Assembly: GCF_006345805.1 (NCBI RefSeq)
Contig: NC_043007.1
Coordinates: 14,260,001 to 14,324,000, forward strand
Direction: 5' to 3'
DNA: 64,000 nt
Origin: Octopus sinensis
Taxonomy: Eukaryota
Part shown: in pieces, positions 1 to 10,916 of the stretch
Layout of the letters: every line of letters begins with the position of its first letter
Numbering within the stretch: position 1 is the first letter of the stretch
Notes under the pieces: generated by a model
Seen by the model: the letters and a program-made list of their open reading frames with translations, nothing else
The model's database searches: none
Told to the model about the DNA's origin: nothing
Made by a program: the position numbers and the translations under genes

Positions 1-299
1 AGTAAATCACCTAGAAGCCTTCCTGTTTGTGGATAACGGGAATTGTGAAGGTGGAATAACATTGTATTGTCCAAGAAATCCCTAAAAAAGGAGAGATATC
101 AACTGATGATAGAGTATATTCATTTTGTCATCATGTGGTTTCAGGTTTAGTCCCAACTTGGGCAAGTACTTTCAACAATTCTAGGCCAACCAAAACTTTG
201 TGAGTAGATTTGGTAGGTGGAGACTGAAAGAAGCCAAGTGTGTGCATGTATATATACACACACACATACGTGTATATATATGTGTGTGTGTGTGTGGGC

Positions 300-631
300 G
301 ACCTGCTGTGCTTGAGGAGACCTATTGAGTCAAGTACATCAACATCAGAAAATCAAATGGAAATTGTAGTTGTGATACCTGTGCCGGTGGCACGTAAAAA
401 GCACCAACCAATTGTGGATGCTGCCAGCCTCGCCTGGCACCTGTGCCAGTGGCACGTAAAAAGCACCCACTACACTCACATAGTGGTTGGCATTAGGAAG
501 GGCATCCAGCTGTAGAAACACTGCCAGATCAGACTGGAGCCTGGTACAGCCACCTGGCTTCCCAGACCCCGGTCAAACCGTCCAACCCATGCTAGCATGG
601 AAAACGGACGTTAAACGATGATGATGATGAT
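300..631 (+). mobile_element. RTE 3'-UTR fragment, representative of a dispersed family (further copies near 2513, 2775, 11435, 23810, 24900, 29010, 30985, 31770, 41450, 41593, 46220, 53015, 61980, 63715)
   Basis: Shared core ttggc(g/a)ttaggaagggcatccagctgtagaaac…ccatgctagcatggaaa(a/g)cggacgttaaacgatgatg, with 0-4 modules upstream. Confidence 0.85.
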
Positions 632-1307
632 ACACAGTAGTATCAATGCTAAGAAGTGATAAACAAACTTTAGGTCAGTGAAAATATCAGTGACTGAATT
701 GCGCTCATGGATTACCTGGAGTTAAAATGATGATGAGTAATGCCACATGGAAAACAGCAGGAATTGTTTGTAATGGTCTTAGTTGGATAGTGAGGATGTT
801 GTAGTGAAGGTCTGGTCAAGTATGTTTACACATGTAGGTAATCTGATCTGGACATACCCATACATCTACAAGACTGAAGAGTACACTCCACATTCTGACA
901 TGTAGGAGTTTATTATGAAGTGCCATGTGACTGCCTGAACATGTTGCATTTTATCCACTGTCCAGTTTGTATTCATCTATTCTAGCGCTGATGGCTTAGA
1001 TCTTAACCTTGGCAGTAGTACTCTCTTGTAAGCTAACAAAGGGACCTTAAGTGCCAAGTATAATGCTATGGTTGTACAGGTGTTTTGAGGTGCCATAACT
1101 TTTCTTAAAAATGAAATATTTAAACCTAATAAAATACTTATATTTTAAAGACATTTTCAAAAGTACCTTTGTTGGGATTAAGATAGGAATTGGACAAATC
1201 AGTGAACAGAAAAACAACAGATTACGAGATAATGTGCCAAGGTCCAAGATAATTTCATTACATAAATACACAATTTCTTCAGTAATTTCCATAAAAAAAA
1301 TTAACAA

Positions 1308-1691
1308 GAGTGGCTGTGTGGTAAGTAGCTTGCTTACCAACCACATGGTTCTGGGTTCAGTCCCACTGTGTGGCACCTTGGGCAAGTGTCTTCTACTATA
1401 GCCTCGGGCCAACCAAACCCTTGTGAGTGGATTTGGTAGATGGAAACTGAAAGAAGCCTGTTGTATATATGTATATGTATATATGTGTGTGTGTGTGTGT
1501 CTGTGTTTGCCCCCCAACATCGCTTGAGAACAGATGCTGGTGTGTTTACATCCCCGTAACTTAGTAGTTCGCCAAAAGAGACTGATAGAATAAGTACTAG
1601 GTTTACAAAGAATAAATCCTGGGGTCCATTTGCTCGACTAAAGGCAGTGCTCCAGCATGGCGTCAGTCATAGGACTGAAACAAGTAAAAGA
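1308..1691 (+). mobile_element. Dimeric tRNA-derived CORE-type SINE, representative (further copies ~6581-8110, 25495-25895, 27645-28265, 28527-28935, 31228-31610, 32093-32480, 44785-45190, 45548-45960, 46585-46995, 48255-51352, 60458-60875)
   Basis: A-box-like tggctgtgtgg, B-box-like ggttcagtccc and CORE-like ggcaccttgggcaagtgtctt, then a TA/TG microsatellite linker and a second monomer ending gactgaaacaagtaaaaga. Confidence 0.85.
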
Positions 1692-1966
1692 ATATGGAGT
1701 ACTAGTCCATGTCAATATTTTAAAAAGAGGCATGAGCTGGATGAGGAAGTGTGGGAACAGATGGATAATAAATGAGTGCAGAATTAACTTTAAAATAATC
1801 TCCTGTTTTGGTAGTGAGGAACTATGCTATACATAGAGAGTACATGTTTGTAAAATACCATTCCATGAAAAGGGGGCACTAAGCTGAAAAAGATTGGAAA
1901 CCACTGGCCTTGATGGGTGAGCACTACACTTACACCTGGTGGTCTACATCCAATCAGTGCTTAGAG

Positions 1967-2194
1967 TTAACCCTTTTGTTACCAACCCAGCTGAAACCGG
2001 CTCTGGCTCTGAGTACAAATGTTTTATTTTCATACATTTTGAATTAAAATCTTCCACCAAATCTTAGCCACAATTTATGTTCCTAACACTGGCTGAATGA
2101 TAACTAAGTTATTTTACTAAATTCTTTGTTATATTTAAAGTAATTTAAAGAAACACAAAGCATCTCAAAATAAATACAGTAATGAAAGGGTTAA
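1967..2194. mobile_element. piggyBac-type MITE family 1 (further copies 25241-25395 partial, 44287-44515, 47462-47690, 61153-61382)
   Basis: TTAA-CCCTTTTGTTACC … GTAA(T/C)GAAAGGG-TTAA ends, ~225 bp, dispersed in both orientations. Confidence 0.82.
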
Positions 2195-3316
2195 TGGGGT
2201 TATTGTTGTTATTTCTGTGCTAAGATGCTCCTAACTTTACATTTCTTAGTCTATATGGTTGTAAGACCTGCTAAAAAAAAAGCATCCAAATTTCTCTCAA
2301 ATCACATTCCCAATATACAAATAGATGGAAAGATCATGGTTGGAATGCTTTTAGTCATAGGCCTATTTGACCAGAGCTGCTTCAGAATGTTAAATAACAT
2401 TCATATTCCTTGAGTTGTGCAGAGTGGTTCTCTTTGAAATTCTTACCTGTTTGGATCTGTATTGACCTCACAGTAGTCCAGGTGACCCCTCCAGTTTCTT
2501 TTTGGAATAATGTTTCATCATCATCATCATCGTTTAACGTCCGTTTTCCATGCTAGCATGGGTTGGATGGTTCGACTGGGGTCTTGGAAGCCAGGAGGCT
2601 GCACCAGGCTCCAGTCTGATCTGGCAGTGTTTCTACGGCTGGATGCCCTTCCTAACGCCAACCACTCTGTGAGTGTAATGGGTGCTTTTTACGTCACACC
2701 GGCACAGGTGCCAGGGGCGACTGGCAATGGTCACGATCGGTTGGTGCTTTTTACAAAATTAAATTCTGTTTACTCTCATCACCATCAACAACTACTTTCC
2801 ATGCTGGCATGGGTTGGACGATTCGACTGAAGGCTGGTAAGCTGCACCAGGTTCCAATCTGATTTGGCATGGTTTCTATAGCTGGATGCCCTTCCTAATG
2901 CCAACCACTCCAAGAGTGTAGTGGGTACATTTTATGTGCCATTGACATGACACCAGTGGCTTGACAACTCTACACAGGCACAGTATATCGCCGAAGGTCT
3001 CGGTCACCTATTGCTGTCACCATGAGGCCCATTGCTCTAATAGTACTTTTTACATTCCACCGGCATGGGTGCCTGTCTTTTAAAATTATAGGGAAGTAGT
3101 ATGAGCAATATTTAGTTGCTATTTCTTTCAGCATTCTTGTTGATTCAGCTGCTTTGGTAGTGGCAATAATGAGATGGCCTGATCAGTCTTAAGATCTGCA
3201 TGTATCCTACATTCCACAAATCAGGGACTATTAGTCATCTTGTAAAGAATTATTGATTGAATCAAAGAAAATTAAAAAAATATCTGAAGAATGAAAAAAA
3301 ATAATAATGAATTCTT

Positions 3317-3322
3317 TTTATT
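3317..3322 (-). terminator. Candidate polyadenylation signal (AATAAA) for DDX31
   Basis: tttatt on the plus strand, ~400 nt past the stop codon, followed on the minus strand by a U-rich downstream element. Confidence 0.4.
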
Positions 3323-3723
3323 TTGTAACAATGCATTGAAATTTCTTTAACAAATTTTCAAATATTTTTACTTCTGCTTTTCAAAGTTTGGATGATTCAG
3401 TAAATGTAATATTTCCTTGAATGGTTGACTGCAAAATGTCCTTCATGCAACTCACATAATCATAGAATGGAAATGTAATTCATGTCCAACAAATAATTTG
3501 CTGTGATTTACAGGGCACAGGTGAAAACCGATAGGAAGACTCAAATTACCTTTGGGTTAATGATTCTGCACTTTAATGAACCTCATTCGTTTTAGTCTTT
3601 AACATGTTGAACCTCACCAAAAAGTCAGTCAACAGTTTGTAGTTATTTTCTACAGCCAATTTTCCATTCCACTGGAAAATTCTTGCATAAAGGCGTCATT
3701 CAATGATTGATAATTATTTCCTT

Positions 3724-5763
3724 TTACCAATCAAGTCCACTGGCAAATTCTGACATATCAACAGATTTTTTCTTGCGTGTGGTTTCTTTGTTAAACCGCA
3801 ATTTTGAATTATATTTGAAATTAGACTTCTTCTGATCATGTTTACTAAACTTAAAGTGCTTGTTCACGGGATTATTTCCTAATTGGCTAGGAGCATCTCT
3901 GAGCCCAAAACTTTTTGCTAAATGTCCAATGTGGAGGTATTTTAAGTGAAAAATGTGCTTCAGATGTTTAGGGTAGGTCGAGTATGAACGTACAAAAGAC
4001 TGAAATGCCTTTTTGGCAAGATCAAGCATTTCCTTAGAATTATATGTAAAATTTTCAATATACATCTGAAAAGAAGAAGCAGCTTCTTCATAAGTATATA
4101 CTGATCTTCTATTCTCAAGAATTTTTGGTAACAGGTCCAATAATTGCAAAAGGTCACCCAATATGTTTTTAATATATATTTCCCCTAAATTAATTTTCAT
4201 AGTGTTTAATGCTTTAATATATTCCGTCTCTGAAGGCATAAGGAAAAGAAGTGAATTCCCTTGAGCTCCAGCTCGTGCTGTCCGGCCAATACGATGTATA
4301 TATTCTCTAGTTTCACCAGGTGAGGTATACTGTACAATCCATCTAACATGTGCCAGATCAAGGCCTCGGGCAGCAACATCTGTACACAGCAGAACACCAC
4401 AACGTGATAATGAATAATTTGTAAAATTATTGGTACGATCATCTTGAGACATGTTTCCATGAAGTTTGTAAAACTTAACCAGTGAAGAATTTTTCTTCTT
4501 TTTCGATTTTTTTCCAATGTAGTCATCAAAAGTTTTTGAATCTTTACTTTCCAACTCAAAAATTTCGGAAAATAATTTGAAATGGAATTCAACTGAATCT
4601 TGTGTTGATAAAAAAACCATAATTTTGGATTTTTGGTTTGAATTTATACATTTAGAAGTAATAAAGCCAATAAGAGAAACCAAACGCAGTTTACAAGGGA
4701 CAATCATAAAATGCTGATTTAACTTCTCAGGAACAGAAAACAAACTGTCACCTTTTGTGAGAAGAGAATTATTTTCTTTATGTTCTTTCGAAGCATCGAT
4801 TCTTTCAGGGGACTTGAGAGATATTCCAGCTAATTTCTCAACACCTTCAGTAAGAGTTGCAGACAGCAAAATAGTTTGTCTTTCAGGTGTTGATTTATTA
4901 AGAATACTGATAATAAGTTGTACTTCTTTTTCGAAACCCATATCATGTAAGCGATCTGCTTCATCAATGACAAGATACTGTACGCGATTCGTTACTAAAC
5001 ATTCTGTATGGAGTAAGTGATCGGTTAACCGACCAGGGGTACCCACCACGATGGTAACTCCTTTCCGTAATCGGGCTTTCTCGGATTTCCTTTTCTCACC
5101 ACCAGTAATACAAGTTGGAACAATCCAGCAACAAGTGTTGACAAGTTTCTGGAAAGTTTGGAAACTCTGCAAAGCGAGTTCTCTAGTGGGTACAATAACG
5201 ATAGCATGGACTCCATCACTTCGTTTCAGTTTCGGCTGTTTGGCCTGAAGTGTTTGTACAATTGGAATTGCATAAGATAAAGTCTTACCTGTACCAGTGT
5301 GCGATTTGACTAAAACATCTTTCCCATCTAGAACTGGCGGTATAGTTAACTGTTGAACGGTTGTCATTTGACTGAATTGAAAATCATTTCGTAAACATTG
5401 TAATATATACGGACTTAAGGAGAGGCTTTCGAACGATTCTTTCGAAAACAGTTCTTCTTTAACAGACTGCACAGGTTCAGGATTTACTGTAGGAATTTCA
5501 GGATTGGAATTAAAAAGGGAGGAAAAGTGGATAGCACTAGTTCTTGCTTTCTTTTCTGAATGCTGTGTTGGCTGTTTTTCAGCCTTTCGTTTCCGTGATT
5601 TCGAAACATAAGGTTCATTTGAATCGATATGTTCATCATATTCGGATGGTGATGAGATTTGGTTTCCGTTAAGCCGCTTCTTTTTAAGTCTTCTTGGTGT
5701 TGATTGATTATTAGAATCATTTTTGGAGACGTAAACATTTAAAACCAAATCATCGTCAGCCAT
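3724..5763 (-). CDS. DDX31: ATP-dependent DEAD-box RNA helicase DDX31/DBP7 orthologue, single coding exon, 679 aa
   Basis: Uninterrupted ORF with Q motif (FSQMTTVQ), motif I (HTGTGKT), PTRELALQ, GGEKRKSEKARLRKG (typical of DDX31/Dbp7), TPGRL, DEAD, SAT, TDVAARGLD, YIHRIGRTARAG and the C-terminal AKKAFQSFVRSY...HIGHLAKSFGL extension. The ORF track starts at a GTG (5772); the first ATG is at 5763 in a good Kozak context (aacATGG). Confidence 0.93.
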   Translation of the reverse strand: MADDDLVLNVYVSKNDSNNQSTPRRLKKKRLNGNQISSPSEYDEHIDSNEPYVSKSRKRKAEKQPTQHSEKKARTSAIHFSSLFNSNPEIPTVNPEPVQSVKEELFSKESFESLSLSPYILQCLRNDFQFSQMTTVQQLTIPPVLDGKDVLVKSHTGTGKTLSYAIPIVQTLQAKQPKLKRSDGVHAIVIVPTRELALQSFQTFQKLVNTCCWIVPTCITGGEKRKSEKARLRKGVTIVVGTPGRLTDHLLHTECLVTNRVQYLVIDEADRLHDMGFEKEVQLIISILNKSTPERQTILLSATLTEGVEKLAGISLKSPERIDASKEHKENNSLLTKGDSLFSVPEKLNQHFMIVPCKLRLVSLIGFITSKCINSNQKSKIMVFLSTQDSVEFHFKLFSEIFELESKDSKTFDDYIGKKSKKKKNSSLVKFYKLHGNMSQDDRTNNFTNYSLSRCGVLLCTDVAARGLDLAHVRWIVQYTSPGETREYIHRIGRTARAGAQGNSLLFLMPSETEYIKALNTMKINLGEIYIKNILGDLLQLLDLLPKILENRRSVYTYEEAASSFQMYIENFTYNSKEMLDLAKKAFQSFVRSYSTYPKHLKHIFHLKYLHIGHLAKSFGLRDAPSQLGNNPVNKHFKFSKHDQKKSNFKYNSKLRFNKETTRKKKSVDMSEFASGLDW

Positions 5764-5767
5764 GTTG

Positions 5768-5777
5768 AACACGTGCG
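5768..5777. promoter_or_regulatory. Extended Myc/Max E-box AACACGTGCG in the DDX31 5' leader
   Basis: Plus strand reads aacacgtgcg at 5768-5777, 4 nt upstream of the ATG. CG-flanked CACGTG near the TSS is the known signature of ribosome-biogenesis genes. Confidence 0.6.
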
Positions 5778-5815
5778 TTACAATATTTTAGAGTGGTCTC
5801 CTCTTGCTGGCATTG

Positions 5816-5823
5816 ACTTCCGG
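5816..5823 (-). promoter_or_regulatory. ETS-family site CCGGAAGT upstream of DDX31
   Basis: acttccgg on the plus strand, about 55 nt upstream of the ATG, within a locally CpG-retaining stretch (~5.75-6.5 kb). Confidence 0.45.
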
Positions 5824-6767
5824 TTAATTGTAGCATAGCAGGATCTAGAGCAAGCGGGCTACATCTGTGTGTTGGGTTCGATTCCTGCTTACGGCTAATT
5901 CGTTTTATTAATGTTATTAACCTTATAGAAAGTATGAATATCACAGCTACTTTCAATGTTTTGTGTTCAGTGCAATAAACTGACAAAGGAAAAAAATTAA
6001 AATGTGATGGAAATGGTTTAGTGTCCCATCGACTTTGCTTTTTCGTAACTTTCTGAAAAAAGGCGTTTTTTTAACGAAATTTTGCATAGATACGTTTACG
6101 ATAGTGTAGATTTCGATTACGTCAATGATATTAATTTTTGTTTGTTTTGAAGAAGTTTGGTTCATTCTCTCTGCCTCCTGGTTTTATCTCCTCATAACTT
6201 TAAAATGCATAATTTTTTTTTCGACATTTTACAGAAATACGCTAGTGTAATTTACGTAAAATTGATGTTTCGAACATAAATTCGAAATAAAAGTGAAAAA
6301 TAATAAAATTACAGATATTGGTGTTTACAAAGTCGGAGAAGGGTAGACGAAAACGATCCAAAACTCCTCAAATTTAATAACAAATATGTATTTTTCAGAA
6401 CGTTATAAAGAAACTAATCGAGACGAGACGTCAATCAAGTTTCCTGAAAGAATCGATGCTTTGAAAGCCTAATTAATGTGATAACAACCATGGAATAAAA
6501 AATTTGTATTGCTTCGTTAGTTTTGTAGATAGTTTGGACATTAGTAATTATAATTATATTACATTAATGTGATAATGATTAGGAGTGGCTGTGTGGTAAG
6601 TAGCTTGGTAAGTAAGAACCACTTGGTTCCGGGTTCAGTCCCACTGCGTGGCACTTTGGGCAAGTGTCTTCTACTATAGCCTCGGGCCGACCAAAGCCTT
6701 GTGAGTGGATTTGGTAGACGGAAACTGAAAGAAGCCCGTCCTATATATATATATATATATATATATG

Positions 6768-7895
6768 TTAGTTAGTTAGTTAATTTGGCTCAAAAGCAAA
6801 TAGCAAGGCCATGTAGGGGGACATGGAGTTAAGTACAGGGTGGTGTTCATGTAAAGAGTTCAGGCCACTTGAGGTCCAGGGAGGCTTTGAACAAAGCGGT
6901 CGTCGGCATCTTCACCATCTCGTCTGGCAGCTTGTTCTACGGATCCGCAACCCGGACGGAGAAAGCTCCTCTCCTTCGATTGTGATGAAATCGTCGCAGG
7001 TAGAGCTTTTCGGAATGACCCCGCAGCCGACGCTCAGGAGCAGGAGTGAAGAATAGCTCTTTCGAGAGGTTACACTTTCCGCTTATGATGTTGTGAGCGA
7101 GAATGAGATCACCACGGCGGCGGCGTTTTTCAAGAGAATAAAGGTCGAGCATCCTCAGCCTTTCTTTGTAGGACAAATTTTTGAGACCATGAACCATGCG
7201 GGTAGCCATCTTCTGGACTCTTTCGAGATGCTGTATGTCTTTGAGGAGATAAGGAGAAGAGGCTTGAATCCCATACTCCAATATGGGTCTCACCAGCGTG
7301 ACATAGAGTGGTAGAAATATGGCTGCTGTGAGCATTCCGAATGACCGTTGAATCAAGAACAGAATTCCGCGTGCTTTGTTGGCAGCATGGACGCACTGGG
7401 CTGAAGGCGAAAAGGAGGAATCCACCAAGATACCCAGGTCCTTTACCTGATCGGTCCTCTCCAGCAGCAGGTGACCCGGCTCAAAATCAAGTTGAGTCGC
7501 AGGAGTAGAGCCGACAGGCAGATGACAGCACTTTGACACGTTCAGACACAGGTCCCAATCGTTAGACCAATTCCAAATTTGGTGGAGGCATCGACGAAGA
7601 TCCTCTATATTACCGCGAGGAGCGACCAGTTTGATATCGTCGGCAAATAGAAGGGTGTGTTGCGTGAGGTCGTCGTGCAAGTCATTTATGAAGACTAAGA
7701 ACAACAAGGGCCCAAGCACTGAACCTTGAGGCACGCCACTGCTCGCACTGGAGACGTCGGACCGTGAACCATTAACTTGGACTTGGAAGGAGCGATCTGA
7801 GAGGAAGGCACCAACCCATCGTATAATATCCGGATGGAAACTATATGCTTGAAGCTTGACAAGTAATAGGCGGTGGTTTACCGAGTCAAAAGCTC
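6768..7895 (-). mobile_element. 5'-truncated CR1-clade LINE (RT C-terminal half, 3' UTR, (TAAC)n tail)
   Basis: Open frame from AFDSVNHRLLL through PQGSVLGPLLFLVFINDL and FADD to the stop; tail is ttagttagtt on plus. Inserted in the linker of a dimeric SINE. Confidence 0.9.
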
Positions 7896-9021
7896 TATGT
7901 GTGTGTGTCTGTGTTTATTCCCCCAACATCGCTTGACAACCGACGCTGGTGTGTTTATGTCCCCGTAACTTAGCAGTTTGGCAAAAGAGACCAATAGAAT
8001 AAGTACTAGGCTTACAAAGAGTAAGTCCTAGGGTCGATTTGCTCGATCAACTAAAGGCGGTGCTCCAGCATGGCCACAGTAAAAATGACTGAAACAAGTA
8101 AAAAGAGTAAAGTTAGAGACCAAGGGAAAGACTAGACTCGGTTAATAAAAATAGAGACCAATGTGTTTCGAAAGTGGTCACAGCTGACCTTCATTTGATA
8201 GGTGCAGTCATTGAAATCTCTGAGGGTGTAGCATACTGTACAAAGGCCTAAATATTCGGGCAATGCTTGTTATCATCAACGAGTGTTTGCTAAGTTGTTA
8301 GTGTTATCATTTAACATTAATAAAAATGGAAAAAGCTTCAGCTGCTAATTTCCGTCAGATCCTTCATTAGCTCATTTAGTCTTCTGGTATTTCGGTGATT
8401 AATTTTTGTTATCTGATCTATTAGCTGGGTCACCTCCACTGAGCTAATCCTATCCTACTTGGTACTCCTTCTCTTATCATTTGTCATAACCAGTCTCATA
8501 ACCTCTTAACCTCTGTACTAATTACTACGCCTAATTCTTCTTTCCCAGAATGTACACCTACTAGAGATTCAAGGGAAATATTAATGGTGTCAATCTGATG
8601 ATGGTGGGCTAATGAGGGCCAAAGACATTGCCCCTTCCTAAACACCCAGAAAGTAAAAGGAAGACACACACAGGTACGCAAATACCTTTGATTACATAAC
8701 TAAAAGTAATTCAGTTGATTGGCAAAAGTTCAACCACTAAATGCGACAATCACAAGATTGGTGTTTCTCAAGAATGGAGGTAGGGGCTTTGAAGAATGAA
8801 AAAAAAGGGACAAATTGCCAGGATTGCAAAACTACGAGGGTTTTTTCATTTTGTACAACACCATTACAAAAAGAGGAGAGGGGGTAAAAAGCTACTCTGA
8901 TATATTATGGGGTGGTGACTATTCAACAGTTTGAGAAGTATTGTACTCTCTTGTACTCACTCTTGCTACCTCCTCTCACTCTACATCTATTTCTGCTTCA
9001 GTTGCCAATGTTCTTCTAAAC

Positions 9022-9222
9022 CAGTGCTTTTCAAACTTTTTGCTGGAGCGGAACCCCAAGGAAACATTCCACTGGCTCGAGGAACCCCTGTGCAATAATT
9101 TAATAGTCTTATGCACACATATCTGCACAGGAGACTTAAAAATTACTGCCAATTTTAGCAGTTTTGTAACTTCTTGCGGAACCCCTAGACTGTACTGGCG
9201 GAACCCTGGTTGAAAACCACTG
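9022..9222. mobile_element. hAT (Charlie-type) MITE
   Basis: TIRs cagtgcttttcaaac / gttgaaaaccactg with a perfect 8-bp TSD ttctaaac (9014-9021 and 9223-9230). Confidence 0.85.
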
Positions 9223-9230
9223 TTCTAAAC

Positions 9231-10916
9231 CATAGGTTCTCAAAGTGGGCACTACCACCCCCCACCTCCAGTGGGCATTGAGACAGTCCAGTTGGGTGCT
9301 GGTGCCTAAGGGGGCAGTTGGGGGCGGTAGAGAAAAAGGAGGCATTGGGAGCAAGGTAGTGGATTGGGGGACGCTATGAATTTATTATATTATAGTATTG
9401 TATACAAATTATATATAATATTAAATATCAAATGATTCATAGTATCATCATCATCATCATCATCATCGTTTAACGTCCGCTTTCCATGCTAGCATGGGTT
9501 GGACGGTTCAACTGGGGTCTGGGAAGCCCGAAGGCTGCACCAGGCCAGTCAGATGTGGCAGTGTTTCTACAGCTGGATGCCCTTCCTAACGCCAACCACT
9601 CCGAGAGTGTAGTGGGTGATTTTATGTGCCACCGACACAGGTGCCAGACGAGGCTGGCAGACGGCCACGCTCGGATGGTGTTTTTTATGTGCCACCGACA
9701 CAGGTGCCAGACGAGGCTGGCAGACGGCCACGCTCGGATGGTGTTTTCTTATGTGTCACCGACACAGGTGCTAGACAAGGCTGGCGGACGGCCACGCTCG
9801 GATGGTGTTTGTTACGTGCCCTCAGCACGGAGGCCAGTCATTGCGGTACTGGCTACGGTCACGTTCGGATGGTTTTCTTATGTGCCACCGGCACTGGTAC
9901 CACAAGGATACAAATTCCATTGATGTTCATCTATTTTGATTTGGTTCGATTTGATTTGATACGATTCGATTCGATTCTCACTTGCCTCAACAGGTCTTCA
10001 CAAGTGTCACAAGAAGGAAGGTATGCACAGGTGGACTGACTACGTCCCAGGTAGGGGCCACGGATTATGGCTTCACTAGTCTTGCCGGGTCTTCTCACGC
10101 ACAGCATACTTCCATAGGTCTCGGTCTCTAGTCATTTCCATGGTGAGACCTAACGTCCGAAGGTCGTGCTTCACCACCTCGTCCCAGGTTTTCCTGGGTC
10201 TACCTCTTCCACGGGTTCCCTCAACTGCTAGGGATTGGCACTTTCTCACACACCTCTCTTCATCCATTCTCGCCACATGACCATACCAGCGCAATCGTCT
10301 CTCTTGCACACAACAACTGATGCTTCTTAGGTACAACATTTCTCTCAAGGTACTAACGCTCTGTCGAGTAAGTACACTGACATTACACATCCATCGGAGC
10401 ATACTGGCATCGTTCCTCACGAGCTTACGCATGTCCTCAGCAGTCACGGCCCATGTTCACTGCCATGTAGCATAGCTGTTCGTACACATGCATCATACAG
10501 TCTGCCTTTTACTCTGAGCGAGAGGCCTTTTGTCACCAGCAGAGGTAAGAGCTCCCTAAACTTTGCCCAGGCTATTCTTATTCTAGCAGTTACACTTTCA
10601 GCGCACCCACCCCCACTACTGACTTGGTCACCTAGATAGCGGAAACTATCAACTACTTCTAGTTTTTCCCCCCGGAAAGTGACAGAAGTTGTTTTCTGCA
10701 GATTTTCGGAGGTCAGTGCTCCAGAGCACCTGCCACATACAAAAACTATCTTCCCAGTTAGCCTACCTTTGACATTGCTGCACCTCTTATATATATATAA
10801 ATTAGTAAAATATAAAATATTTATTTATACATAAAAATAGGGGTAGGGCCACTGAGGGTATTATGTGGCCGGGGTGGGGGGAGGGGGCAGTGGCCCAAAA
10901 TGTTTGAGAACCTCTG
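9231..10916. mobile_element. Second hAT MITE, interrupted by the RTE insertion
   Basis: Ends cataggttctcaaag / tttgagaacctctg, flanked by the same TSD ttctaaac (9223-9230 and 10917-10924). Confidence 0.75.
9444..10786 (-). mobile_element. 5'-truncated RTE-clade LINE: ORF2 C-terminus plus 3' UTR containing 66-bp modules and a (GAT)n tail
   Basis: LHGSETW…RRLRWYGHVARM…GRGRPRKTW…DRDLW is the RTE ORF2 end. It runs without a break into the module array and the terminal ggacgttaaacgatgatg. Confidence 0.9.

Noticed and set aside
5764-5772. GTG start for DDX31 used by the ORF track
   Set aside because: Eukaryotic gene with an in-frame ATG in good Kozak context three codons downstream.
8550-8675. 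Plus-strand exon with a good acceptor (ttcttctttcccag) and donor (CAG|gtacgc)
   Set aside because: Stops in all three frames and no linked exons found; it could only be non-coding, which cannot be supported from sequence alone.
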